A stretch of 64,000 nucleotides of DNA from Daphnia carinata (GCF_022539665.2 NC_081333.1:3348001-3412000), one strand, 5' to 3'. Positions 51,015 to 64,000 are shown, counted from the first letter of the stretch. The notes: generated from the sequence alone by a model not told the origin. Made by a program: numbers and translations.

Positions 51015-54000
51015 ATGGATTCTACATGGATGCTTCTTTTTCTTGTAGTCTCGTTTGGAGTGGAATCCCATCAGCTTATGAATGAAGGTTTGTCCATACC
51101 GCCGGACGCTGGCAAAGTCCTGGAATTCTTCGAACATACCATTCTGAAACCGTTAGAAAACATGGAAACTACCAATGATTTTGCTACTTTACTTCACGAC
51201 GTTTTTGTTACACTGAAATCTTCTTCGTTTCCAACCGCCGTGGCCACCAACATCAGCGAAAAATGTCTAAATGATAGCCAGTTTTACGTTCATAATCTGT
51301 ACACTAATCGGAGCTTGTGGGCCTTGCAAAGTAAGTTGAAATTTCAGCAAATCAATCTGCAAAAGCATTTAAAAAATACGATGAATAAGACATGCTTTCA
51401 CCCTTTTCCTTCCTTCATAATGTTAATTCAGTTTGGTGTTAAACACATTCCTATTACAACGTAGTATTTATGTAGCGGTTTATCCTCAAAACTGATAAGA
51501 AGGTCGTTCATCCCAATTGCTGATCGTGTCACTTATCTGTTATGATTGAATCTCGTGCTGTACGCAATCCTATCAATGGTGGCACACAAAAATATGCAGA
51601 ATTCCAATGTTTTTGATTACATTAGTGCAAGAGTCATCCGGTCAGCTACCACCAGGATTGTTTGGATCTTTCAACGTACAAGCAGACGGATTGTTTGACG
51701 AATGCCAGGCCGTTCAGGCACCTGATTTTAAGGGGCAGTACTGCAGAGTCTTTTTCAAAACTGCACCAGTCGACCAATCGGAACTACTTCCACCGGAATC
51801 GCACAACGAACGAAGCAATTACATAACACTTTTCCAAATCCTAGGCGAATTTTTAGGATCAGATCGCGTCGAACCGAAATTATCTGAAGCAAATTCATAC
51901 ACTTACTTGTTGCCCAGCATCAGTTTTTGCATTCCTTCATCTTGTAGTGCTGATGATGTCGGTCATGCCGTTGCTGAACTTGTTGGGACATACGTCATCG
52001 CCAATAAATCTATCGTGACCGTGACAGACGAACAGTATTGCTTCAAAGAGAATAATGATCCACCACCTTTCGATGGCGCCACCATAACAGTCATGTAGAT
52101 ATAAATCCAACATTTTCCTGTAATTAGCCTAAAACGAAATCATCAATTTGTATAATTGTAAACAGAGTGGTGTTGAGCGTTATTGGCTTACTGGTTGTCT
52201 TGGCGACTATTCACGAAGCTTGGCGAATATTTTTTGGCGTTCCTTTTGACAGCCAGTTGGACGACTTCAAAATACGTGCATTGCATTGCTTCTCGGCTAT
52301 AACCAATGGAAGAAAAATCATTTCGATGAAAGTCAGTGTTTCGTCAGCGAACGATAATATCGGCTGCATTCATGGTATCCGCTTTTTCTCCACTTGTTGG
52401 GTTGTTTTGGCACATAGTTGGAGCTTTTTAGGTTCTAAAACTATGAATCCAAGAGCAGTTCTGATGGTGACTTTTTTTTCTTTCTAAAATAAATTTCGTC
52501 AATAGAATTAATTAGATCTGATTGCAGGATGCTTATGGTTGGGTTATGCAACCTATTACCAATGGATCCGTTTCAGTTGACACGTTTTTCTTGATGAGCG
52601 GCTTGCTTGTCTCTTTCCTTCTTCTCCGCGAACTGGACAACAACAAAGGAAAGTTCAACATCGGTCTCTACTATTTGCATCGATATTTACGATTGACGAT
52701 CGTATACGCTTTCATCCTTGGCTCCATTGCAACTCTAATAGTTTACCTCGGAACGGGCCCTAATTGGTACACTGTAACTCAATATTCAAATGCTTGCCGT
52801 ATCGCTTGGTGGAGGAACTTTCTCTACAGTCAGTTTAAGCTTCGCTTGTTTTTCAATTTAAATATTAACTAATTTCCAAAATTAAATTTCTACAGTTAAT
52901 AATCTCTTTCCGTACGACTCCCGTTACGCAGTAGGCTAATTCAATTTTGTTTTCGTCCTAAGGCACTCAATCTAACCTAACTTTCGATAACAGTGCGTAA
53001 CGCAATCGTGGTATCTGGCAGCTGATACCCAGCTTTTCATCATCGCCCCGCTACTGGTTTATCCACTCTGGCGCTGGAAAAAATTTGGACTTGCATTTTT
53101 GGCCTTTGTTGCATTTGCCTGTCACGCTTTTATCTTCTACCTTTACGCTAGAGATGATCTACCCCCCAGTTACTTCTTCACACGACCGTATTATAAAGGC
53201 AATTGATGTCCTTAGTATCGAACTAACTTATTGACATACTTCTAATGCAGTGACAGCCATACCTATGAAACATCAGATAGCTACTTTAATAACTATTATT
53301 ACAAACCGTGGACTCGAGCGCCACCTTACATGGTAGGCATCTGGACGGGCTGGTATTTACACGTCACCAAGCATTCTTCATTTCGACTGTCAAAAGTAAA
53401 TAATAAAACTACATAAATACCAAATGATGCATTAATAGTAATATTACTTTAATGGTTATCTTGAAAGCTTGTAGTCAGTTTAGGATGGACGCTTTCTACT
53501 ACTGTTGGTCTGGCGGTTGTTTATGGTTTGGCACCCTACGTTGATCAACGTGAAGTACCCGAGATAAGTCCGGCTGTAAAGATGACCTATGGTCCTCTAA
53601 GTCGAACTGCATGGGCCTGCGTAATAGCCTGGATCATCTTTGCCTGTTCCCATGGCTATGGAGGTACAAAAAAAAATTATTAATTAAAGAGGCCGGATTG
53701 AAAATGCAGTTTGTTTATGTTACGTTCAGGTTTTGTTAACAATATCCTGTCATGGAAGGGATTTTTACCATTAGGCCGTATAACTTATTGCGTTTACTTG
53801 ATCCATTACGATTACATCAACCTCTTCTATTCCGCCATGCGCAAGCAATATTATTACACATTATTTGGACAGCTAACCATTTACTTCGGTATCCTCGTCA
53901 TTGTTTTCGGATTGGCTTTTGGGATCTCTGTTTGTTTTGAGGCATCTTTCCTCAATTTAGAAAAGCTTCTGTTTTCTTGGAAACCAAAAAGTAATTCGTC

Positions 54001-54104
54001 AATCAAATTATCTCACAAAGCTCAATGCAATATTATCATCATTTACAGGTACATCACATGGACAAACAGGTGCACCTTCAGTTACTGACAGCAAGAGAGT
54101 TTAA
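51015..54104 (+). CDS. Nose-resistant-to-fluoxetine-6-like acyltransferase-3 (copy B)
   Basis: Tandem paralog of copy A with the same exon structure and motifs (IHGIRFFSTCWVVLAH, SVDTFF, WYLAADTQL, PLGRITYCVYLIH). Confidence 0.92.
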
Positions 54105-54387
54105 GCACGCAAAACACACTATATCTGAAACTAAACAAGATATGTTTTTAGGATTTTGATGCGACACAAAAGACAAAATACATGTCTACAGAAAATTTGT
54201 TGTTTCTTCTATAATCACGATTTAACGGAATAATAACGTGAAACGACGTGATCAAATTCGATCGGAATTTTTCCACTGCCCAACGAACGTTTTAGGCTAA
54301 GCTATGCTGTTTGATGCCTGCAACTTCCAGGAATGCACGCATCCATAAGGTACAACACAGAAGATTTGGTACAACGTCAAAATTTCA

Positions 54388-54516
54388 TTCTCCAGGCGAG
54401 GTTCGAACTCGCGACCTCGGCATTTCTTTCTTTTCAGTTTAACCCTGCATTGATGATTAGCATCATTGAATTACTGTCTATAAGTACCATGCGCTAACCA
54501 ACTGCGCCACTGGAGA
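54388..54516 (-). tRNA. trnI-TAT: tRNA-Ile(TAT) with a 55-nt intron (54424-54478)
   Basis: TCTCCAGTGGCGCAGTTGGTTAGCGCATGGTACTTATA / intron / ATGCCGAGGTCGCGAGTTCGAACCTCGCCTGGAGAA. Full cloverleaf with a downstream TTTT. Confidence 0.95.
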
Positions 54517-54921
54517 CATTAATAGAACAACGATAAGCATACGAATTTCAAATCTCTGCCCTACGTCATGTGTTGCTATTTGCTTTTACGACACCTAGGG
54601 TTTTATGCATCAGAAAATGTCTTTAAAATTGCACTAAAAGTAGAGTAGCAGATGATGGATTTTAGGATCTTTTTTCCCGCCTGGCGAAAATAGCAAAAAC
54701 AATGTGGTAATTACTTTACGTACTGTACATTTTTGCACGGACAAAGACTGAAAGAGCTTAATGAGACATTGGAGATGGAATGCATTATTCATTTTGTATA
54801 CTGGGCTAAATCTGAGTTGAAATCAGAGAAAAGGCGTGACGCGAAAAAGCTAGATTTATCTTACTCGTATCTTAAAGATCATCGTCAATTATCTAAAGAC
54901 ATCTATGCGAACAAAACGTAT

Positions 54922-54993
54922 AGCAGAGTGGCGCAGCGGAAGCGTGCTGGGCCCATAACCCAGAGGTCCGTGGATCGAAACCACGCTCTGCTA
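54922..54993 (+). tRNA. trniM-CAT: Initiator tRNA-Met(CAT)
   Basis: AGCAGAGTGGCGCAGCGGAAGCGTGCTGGGCCCATAACCCAGAGGTCCGTGGATCGAAACCACGCTCTGCTA, with A1-U72 and the GATCGAAA T-loop typical of eukaryotic initiator tRNA. Confidence 0.98.
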
Positions 54994-56099
54994 AACGTAT
55001 TGTTTTTGCAAAAGTGACATTATATAGAGTAGGACTATCTAATGAATGAGCGCCACAGACCAAAATTTTCGTTAAAAAACTCACACAGCGACACATCGGT
55101 TGGCCCAGAAACTGACACGATGATTGAAACAGAACAATATCGACGATTTTGTCTTACCTGGTTGGAATGAAGTGGACGAACACTATTTGGAAGTGGCAAC
55201 TGAAAACTGTGGGCACGTGTCTTGTATCCATTTCAGTTGTTTTCGGTAGCTCAGAACACGTTGAAAACTTCTGATAACTGAGATAACAACTACGTTTTGT
55301 TTTTCTGAAAATGTTTTTTTCTTACTCAACCCTTTTCCGACAAGACTAAAGTTCATGACTGCCACAATTAACGAAAACAGAAACACTAAAGGTTTTCATG
55401 CTCAATCGTCCTTGAGCAATGTTTTGGTACACCCGTGTCCATAAACGGAGCCCCCTCAAGTGGTGGGGAATGTTTTGTCCGCTGCAATTTTTGCAGTTGT
55501 TGTTTTCTACCCCCACCTCTCATTTGCTAGAGAAGAAAGGGGTTTCCATCACGTTGATGCAATGGTATCAACAGTGAACAAAAATTGCAGCGGTATAAAA
55601 GGTTTCCCGCCACTTGGCGGTGGTTCGATATATTATCGATGTATCGATATTCGATAAACACGACATGCAAAAATCATCTTAATAACTTTGTGTTGTATTC
55701 GTTTAACAGGAATGTTATTTCAATATCAAACTCTAACAATGCAAACAGATTGAGGAACGAAATAAGTCTAATTTAAGGAGCATTAGAGTGAGCAAAAAAT
55801 CTGGAAGGGAGTATAAACGTATGAATGTCTCTGAGGGAGGAGACCAATGAAATCGTAGAGAGTTGACCTGGCAACAATAATGTAACGGACCAGTGCTCCA
55901 AATTAAATCTTTGATTAAGCAGATTCGCCTTTCCCTTTTACAATTTGATGAAGCCTACAATATGTCACGACAAGTAAATAGCGGACGGCTTTGATTCCAT
56001 ATCGGCCCATTTTCACGATACGACGGATATACGCTCGCCGGCACACATGCACATACCATTCGCGTGTTTATCGTAGATCAGAAGTCAGGAATTGGCTGG

Positions 56100-57373
56100 T
56101 TATTTGCGTTTTTTCAGCGCATCACGCCGAAGAAACTGTTGCATCATCCCACCAAAACGGATCCAAAACCAGGTTGGTACGACGTTACATGAAAACAGCT
56201 GCCAGAATTTACGAAATGTTTTTATTAAATGTGGAACAATCTAGAAGAAATTTGAAATTGACACACCTGTAATTCGTGCGACCAGTATCCAGTTGTCCGG
56301 TCGCAGATGCCTAATGTGGATAGGGCGCTCCGGACGAAAGTTTGTGCGTTTGGTACCAATACTGACTGTCTACCGATGAAGTCACTGAACTTGGTTAAAT
56401 TGGTTGCTATGTAGAATGGAATAAGAGTTTGAACAGTAACCCCTGAGTTTCGCACTTCATGAGACAGCGCTCGCGAAAAGTAGTCCACATAAATCTGTAA
56501 ATTCAAACCATTACTTTTTCTGAATGAAATTAGAGTTAAATAAAAAAAACAACTCACTTTGGAAGCGGAGTAGATGTTCATGTAAGGAAGCGGACCAACT
56601 GACGAGCTGGATGAAAGATTAACGATTGCTCCTCTGCGTCTTTGAAGCATTTGGGGCAACACTAACCAACACATCATGGTCAAGGAGCCCATGTTGATGT
56701 TGACATGCTGCCAGATTACGTCTTGACTAAGTTCGCATAGATCCATTGGCATCTCGTACATTACACCAACGTTGTTTACTGTTGCAAAAAAAAACAAAAA
56801 AAAACAGGTGAATGAGCATATATTCTTTTTTAGAAGTACTATAAGCAAATACCTAGCAATCCAATTTCCTTTCCACGAATAGCTTCTGAAATTTTATCAA
56901 AGATTGAGCGACCTTCACTAAAATCCACTTGAACAACTTGGGTCTCAACATGAAATTCTGCCTCTGTGAATCAATGGTGAATCAATAGCCTTTTACTATT
57001 TAATCAAGGAAACCAAAATTTATACCAATATCTTACCAATTTCTTGTGCTACCCTAGTAAGCTTTTCTATGCTTCTACTCATCAATATTATATTGACTCC
57101 AAGCCGAGCAAGTTCTCTGGCATACTCTTTTCCAATTCCATCAGTTGCTCCAGTGACAATAGCCCAAGGTCCATAATTTTCCTTAAAGTTGGTGAGAGAA
57201 CGCAATTTGGACAGAAGGAAAATTCTGACAGCACTAAGGAATGCTACTGAGGTATCAACCGCCACCTTCCCCACAACAACTAGGCCCACAATAGCCAACA
57301 TGTCTCTCAGACGTTCTGTTTTCTTGATAACCTCACCAGCCAGAAGCCGAAATGAATCAGAAGCTACAGCCAT
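56100..57373 (-). CDS. HSDL1: Hydroxysteroid dehydrogenase-like 1 (SDR, HSD17B12/HSDL1 family)
   Basis: [16 protein letters not shown]-terminus, [36 protein letters not shown] and [10 protein letters not shown]. The last exon ends ..DALKKRK*. Confidence 0.88.
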
Positions 57374-58182
57374 CTTCAGCGGTTGTTTATATAGACGAAA
57401 GCGATACACTAAAACGATAAAAGCAAGTAATGAAAGCTTCGGAAGGACTTCGTACCGTTAGGGCGTTTGACACATATAGCTATGCAAGCCTGGAAATAGA
57501 CAAGTGTACCTTGTTTAAACCGGATTAGTAGACTAGGTTGCGTTTCTCTTCTATGATGATAGTACACTCTGCGGGAAAACTGTCTCAAACCCAAATGGAT
57601 GTATCGTATTTTTAAGTTTCACGATACATGAATGCGTCTGTATTGGGTCAATTGTGCCCCTATCAACAGCCATCTGTAAGTCTACCTTTAACCACCAGGA
57701 TATGGGATGTGAGAATTTTCATTTCGGCCTATTAAGGTCGTTATTGTGCCCTACCATCTATCATTTTGGGATTTTTAATTTTAAAAATATTCAAATTTCA
57801 TTAAATGTTAGGATCTAGGCTCTCAAAATAATGAAACTGACTGATCAATGCTCTATCATGCTCTAGACATGGCGACCCTGGATGATGGAATCTTAAACTT
57901 TAGTCTGCTCTTCTATGTAAAGTTGTACAATTCCATGACACTTAAGTAAAGCTATTTTGCGAAATTTTGTGATATTTGCTTGTATTGAAAAGCGTTTCTT
58001 CCATATCGCAAAACCCATTAGTTATCTATTTATTGTTCATAAATTCGAGTGAGATTAAATACTGCAATAGCAATGCAGCTGCAATTCTAACACGAAAGTT
58101 TGTTTACCTGATGATAGGCACAGGGCAACGAACAAACAGTAAAAAAAAAAAACACGTCGGATAATTTGTCGAAAAAAACATA

Positions 58183-59256
58183 ATGCTACCAATTAATTTA
58201 AGAGAAAAGCTATTCCAGGTTCAAGAAGAATTAGCAAGCAGGTTATCAAACTGATAGATAAAGCAGTAAAAGAAAAAATAATAAAACTTGTTTTAACAGT
58301 TTGAGAACATTGGGGCTGACAGAACCAAATGTACCCTTAGTGATACCTTCACGCCATGGTAAACATTTTGAAGGATTACGGTTGGATGCTGGAGCTGATT
58401 TGCTAAACCACTATCAGTTTCAGTGGTGCAGGATGAGGGAGGCCTCAGATATGAATTACCAGCTAGCAGAGGTACAGAGAAATAAATTTGCTTCTACAAA
58501 TATACACAGATAAAAACTAAGCATGCAGTTCCCATTTTTAGCAAGCTGACAAAGCCATTACTTCAATAGAAAGTTACATCAGCTGGCAACATCAGTTAGT
58601 TTCAACATTAACCAGCAACTTGAGTTCTGTTTCTTCAATGGTACTTCAACTTCAAAAAATCACTGATTCTATAGGTGAGACACTGAAAAATGTTTTAACC
58701 TAAGTGAGAATCATAATTACAGTTCTTCACACCCCTAGGTGTAACTGAAGCTACCTTGACCAAAACTGAGGAACAGTTAGCTTTGTTAGAAGACTTTGTT
58801 AAAGATTCTCAGTTTGATTCAGAGTTAAAAGACTGTGAAAAAAAATTCATTATGGTGCAAGACCAAAAATTTGCTGAGCTGGAGAGGTTAAAAAGTAATT
58901 GTAAACAACGAATCTTTACATATTTCTCTGATCTTAATCATGTTACTACGGGCTTCCAAAGGTAATCTAATGGCGCAACACGTCCAGAAAGTTAGAGAAT
59001 ATGAATCGAAGCAAATATTCAAAGCCAAAGAAAGACAAGCTATTTTTGAACAGGCCTTTGAAATAGAAATCCGACAGTATAAAGAATCGGGAATTATTCC
59101 AAGTAAGTCTAAGCTATTTGTTGATTTATAATACAAATTGGGTACAACATCTTGTTGCTTGCAGGATTGAGTCAGGCAAATCGCCAAACAATTAGCCTTG
59201 AAGAAATTGTTGTCGAGGACGACCCGTCTTCGTTGAATGAGTTTCTCGATGAGTAG
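58183..59256 (+). CDS. DTNBP1: Dysbindin (BLOC-1 subunit)
   Basis: MLPINLREKLFQVQEELAS, AGADLLNHYQFQW, a coiled coil, KERQAIFEQAFEIEIRQY and an acidic end LEEIVVEDDPSSLNEFLDE. Confidence 0.85.
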
Positions 59257-59822
59257 AACTCTAAATAAATTTAAATTATCGTCTATTTTACCATCGTCAG
59301 GTGGGGAAACAAATAAAAAATAGTATATATATAACTTCCTACAGTCTGTCAACAACAAAAGTTTATCCTTAAGAAGATAGACGATGGAAAAGGTTACAGT
59401 TACTTAGAGAATGCAGTGTACAATCTACAATTTGTTTAGAATGAAGGGACCTTCCCTTTATTCTTTACTCATAAAAAAATTAACAGGTAATCAGAACTAC
59501 ATCCTCTCCGTTTGCAAAGAAAAAAATAATAAAATAAATGCGGTTTTAAACTTTGACGCAAATCCACTGCTCGGCATGTAACATGTTCTTCGAACAATCG
59601 AGGGAAATTTAAAAAATGCGGTGTCAAGGCTCGAAAGGAATACAAAAAGGCGTAAAGAAAGGGGGGAGGATCTTGGGTTGTGGGCAAAAGAATGTGGGCA
59701 CTTAAAAAAAAATGTTGGTTTTCTCTAGTTACCCTTATCTCAATACATGCCAAAATGAAAAGGTTTTCCGTACTGCTTTCAAATTGGCGCTAATCCAGCT
59801 AAATGTGTTGATATTTTGCCGT

Positions 59823-62289
59823 TTAAACCACGTTGGAATCCACTTCTTTACCACAGACCTTTAGATGATACCGCAAGTTCACTAACTGTTGAATTTGTCA
59901 TGAATGTTTACATTGGATCAGTTGAATAATAACATTTGACTACACTTACTGTATTAAACTGCTTTCGGCAGTGCGTGCACTGGTGAGGGGTCTGAGTCTC
60001 CTCGGCTGTCGTATGAGTCCGCTCGTGTACGTACCGCTCTCTAAATGTCCGCATCTTTTCTGGACAAGAACGGCATTGATAATTTAAATCGGATGAATGG
60101 ACGGGTTGATGCAAGAGCAGAGCGCTTTTTGATAAGAAAGTTCGACTACATCCTTCGCATGGAAAGATGGATTCACGATGTTCCTTAATCTTGTGCTCCT
60201 TTAAAGCTTTAAGAATACAAGAATGATGATGTTTGCCGAAAGTAATGTTCGTTTCACGTCAAACCTTTGATGTTCGGAAATTCCCTTTCGCAAACGCTAC
60301 AAGGGATGACGGGCGTTTCTCCTGTATGGGTGCAACGGTGGATATAGAAGGCACTCCTTAATGTAATATTTACAGACGTTAGCAAATTACCATTTCCACA
60401 TAATCTCAATATTACCATTTGTGGTAACGCATGGGGCAAAAGTCGCATTCTATGACTTGGTAGTGATAGTTTGCCCGCGGTTTAGGTGTCGGTTTCTCTT
60501 TTTGGGTAGCGGGAAGATTCTGTTTACCCTTAAGACTGACATTGGCCAAATCTCTTTTTTTAGTCACCTTCCCTTTAACCTCTTCCGCCTCATCTTCTTT
60601 TACTGTATCATTTCCCCCCTCGATTTGGTCGCTGTCAACTTTCTCATCTGGACACAAATTGGTTTTTGATGAGCCTACAAGTGGTAGGCATAGTTTATTG
60701 TAGAGTTACAAAGAGAGAGAGTTAATATTACCTGCTACTTTTGTTTTGTCTCTTAACTTAAGGGCTATTTTTGCTTCTTCGTCTTCCATCAATTCGGCAT
60801 TATCATCTTCTTCTGCATCGTGTGTGACATCTTTTTCCGCATTTTGAGGTTCTTTTTGCTCAGGCTCTTTCTGCTCAGGTTCTCTTTTCCGTTCCTCTTC
60901 CTCCCCTTCTACAACATTGATTGTCTTTTTATTTAGAATACCGATTTCGTCAGCTAAACGAAGTGAATCGGCAATCATTGGCTCTACTTCATTGTCACCA
61001 ATTTCATTATGTTCACAATGCTTCATTAAATGACGCTGATAAACACCTTGGTAGGAAAACAAATCCTGCAAAGGATGGAAAAATACAAAGGTTATTCTAT
61101 GTCAATCTAGGAAAACCTATAATTATAGGGCTTACTTGGCAAACCGGGCATTGGAATGGTTTGTCCCGGCTGTGTATCCGTAGATGGTTTTTAATGTTCC
61201 CTCTGGTAAGAAACCGTCGACTACAGTGTGGACAAGCATATTTTTTACGAGCAAATTTAGATGATGGTTTCGCTTTTTTAGGAGCGAGTTTTTTTAACGC
61301 TGCCACTGAAACCGGCGGTACTGTCAATGAAAGTGGTTCATCCGGTTGCTTCGTCCTCTGAAGTCGCTTCAACACTTTCCCACCTCTCCCAAGTCTCCGT
61401 TTTCCCACTACCGAAGGTATTGCGACTTCAGGTGCAAGTTCCTCGTTTGCTTCATCGACTGTCATTTCTAAGTGAGGAATAAAATTTAATTTTCATTGTA
61501 CCACTTTTTTTGTGCTGACTTTTAGCTTATTATATCACCATTGGGAATGTCGTTGGCATCACTGGCTACGTCTAAGCCATGGTTTGTGGATTGCGGTTGC
61601 GTAAGGCTTTGCACTTGCACGATCAAAGGCCGCGGTGAGGTAACGGCTACGATCTTTGGACCTACAGCCTTTGCTGGACTCCTAGTTGGATGAAATGCCT
61701 GTTGATGTGGTTGTTGGAGATGGCATACCCCATTAGCTTCTGGTTCATACTATTCCAACACAAAGTCATCAGCTTAGTTTACCAGATCAGAAGTACACAA
61801 ATTCTTTACCATTGGTGAGGCATCACCATAATCTGTCAGTTCGTGAATACTTGCTAAATCATCATCATGTTCTATTGGAGATCCAACTTTAAAATCATCT
61901 ATGATCTTTTCCCATGAAGATCCTTGAACTTGTGGTGCAGTAAGTTGACCTGTGTAGATATAGCGAACAAGGCCTTGCACCTCTTCTACACTTTTGATAA
62001 ACATTAGAAAAATAAAAGGATTAAAACTTTAAAAAGACAAAAATTTGCTCATATAGTACGTGTAGCCAGCCATAATGACACACGGATCATCAGTCAATGG
62101 CCAATCCTTCAAAAGATAGCAAAAAACTGGGCTAGCTGCAGCCAAGACTCCTTTATTGGCCCGTATTTTTCTTCCGTTACAATGCAGTGTCACATCAGCA
62201 AACAATTCTTTCTGTAAACAATCATATAATCCTCTTTCAATACAGAGACCACGTCCTTTAGCTCGAATTAACACTCTTGTGCTTTTCAT
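59823..62289 (-). CDS. BTB/POZ plus multi-C2H2 zinc finger transcription factor
   Basis: BTB (FADVTLHCNGRKIRANKGVLAAASPVF, LVRYIYTG) and several C2H2 fingers (CPHCSRRF..HLRIH, CSVCEREF, CRSCPEKM..HERTH, CTHCRKQF). Confidence 0.88.
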
Positions 62290-63164
62290 TTTGCAGATTT
62301 ATCCTAAACAAAAAAAAAAGAAAAACTTGTTAATCTTAAACATTTAAACTAGCTGGTTCATCAAAGAAAATCTGATGATGCAGATAACAAAACTAAACTG
62401 CTGAAGCAAAAAAAAAAAAAGTATAACATATAAATATGTATATCTATCTAATTCGTTATTCTGGGAGAAGACGTTTCTATCGAGAATGTTTTAAAATCTC
62501 AAATCGGTACACGTTCACCGAGCATGTAGACATTGCCCTGGGAAGGTCGACTACCAACATTTTACATTTCTTAAAAAGCACCTTATTTATTTTTTTCTAA
62601 ATGACGGAACACCCAATCCTTAAACGGAATAACCCACCTTAACGAAGGAAATATACAATCGATGTATTATGATTTGCAACGGATCTGCCACGTTTCAAAA
62701 AATGATAAATTAGAAATGTCCAGGATCCCAGGTAAAGGATGTAGTGAACGTAATGAATTGAGGAAATAGATGTCAAAGGCGGCGAAATCTACAACTTGAT
62801 TCTATTTAACGCCTTGTACGAATAAACAGGACCCTGAAAAAGATTCAATAAAAAGAACCCTAAACAGAAAGCTTCGTCAGCGCCACCAACTTCATTTTCT
62901 ATGGTACTCTTATTGTTGCGTTTTGAATCTAAGAACTACGATATGATCTCCTCATCATTATTTCTATGGTTGCTCTGTTGATCTCAGTTTTTCAACAGTT
63001 CTTCGTTTTTAGGAAGCCATCAGGCAAATCTTTACCTTTTTAAAATGATTCAACCACATTCGATGGGGATTCGTTAAAGGCCGAAAATGTAACACCAGCT
63101 GATGTGAAAATTGGATGATTTGAACGTAATTGACGAAGTGCTAACTGGATTAAAAGAACCACTG

Positions 63165-64000
63165 ATGAAGTCGTGTGAAATAGAAATGGAGCCTGCATTG
63201 CCTGATACACTGATTGTGCGCCGTCTACCGGAATGTCTAACAGAGCGAGATTTGAACGGTCTGTTCCAATTTTTTGGTGCCCAAACAGTGAAAAAAGAAG
63301 AACCAAAAGGAAGACAGAGGAGTAGCACCATTATTGTCAAGTAATGGAAAAATATTCCTCATGTAATAAGAATGATCATCTAAAGTTTTCTATTTCCTAA
63401 CAATTTTAAGGTTCAGCTCACATGAAGATGCTTCATATGCATTAACTCGCTTGCACCAGCTACTAGTCTTGGGTAAAAGGATTGTTGCAGAATATGCAGA
63501 TTTCACAATCCTGCCAGACATACCACAGACTAATTCTCTACCAAAACAGCTTAAGGAGGAAAATTTTACAAAATACCCTCCTGCTAATGAACATGTAGTG
63601 AACAATATTGTGGCTGAATTGGCACGAAATGATGATTTCTATCAAAAAGTGCTGCAGCTTATGAAAAGTATGAACCTACCTCCCCCATTTATTCATACAT
63701 CAAACCAGCCTGTTACTATAGTGGAGCCATCAGATATTGAAGAAGTTGAAATGGAAGAGCTCTACAAAGAAGATACAGAAGAATCAGAATTGGAAACTGA
63801 TTTTACTATAACTGGTGACAAAGAAGTAATTCCTGAGATAAGTGTGAGGCGAAAAAAACGAAAACAATTGAAAAGAACAAACACACTTAAACTACTCACC
63901 AATCCAACAACTATTTCTACTAAAGTGAAGCCAGTATCCTCATCTGGTCAAACAGTCTCAGAAATATTTGAGCAGAACGCGTTAGCTTCGAACAAAAAAC
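63165..64000 (+). CDS. RNPC3: U11/U12-65K-like RRM protein (5' part, runs off the window)
   Basis: DTLIVRRLP..LFQFFGAQTV, ALTRLHQLLVLG..IVAEYA, KYPP..NIV..FYQKVLQLMKSMNLPPPF and EESELETD. The start codon is uncertain. Confidence 0.82.

Noticed and set aside
55460..55870. ORFs and an exon-like segment downstream of HSDL1
   Set aside because: HSDL1 already terminates at 56100 with a family-typical end, and these peptides are unrecognisable.
63935..63943. GTATCCTCA as a U11-binding (USSE-like) element in RNPC3
   Set aside because: Single imperfect match inside coding sequence. The known element is a tandem motif in the 3' region, which lies beyond this window.

Overview
Eukaryotic, gene-dense, AT-rich genomic window with mostly 55-75 nt GT-AG introns. 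Gene content and intron size suggest a Daphnia-like branchiopod crustacean (inference). It holds 16 multi-exon host protein genes: a Cys-rich surface protein, CTDSP, INTS14, MEK, RpL17, ALS2, SNRK, PDCD5, MYLIP/dnr1, an ARAP-like RhoGAP, RFWD3, two tandem NRF-6-like acyltransferases, HSDL1, dysbindin and a BTB-C2H2 factor. The 5' part of RNPC3 follows at the window end. There are also two tRNA genes (intron-containing Ile-TAT and initiator Met) and two C/D snoRNAs in RpL17 introns. The standout feature is a ~5.6 kb module at ~8.0-13.6 kb: a palindrome with ~2.2 kb near-identical arms. Each arm carries an unrecognised spliced gene pointing inward (intact in the right arm, nonsense codon in the left). 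The spacer holds three degenerate tRNA-like A/B-box elements pointing outward, and MITE copies with head-to-tail junctions cap both ends. It may be a foldback element or hairpin-RNA locus; an assembly artefact has to be excluded first. Gene coordinates span start to stop codon including introns and were read by eye.
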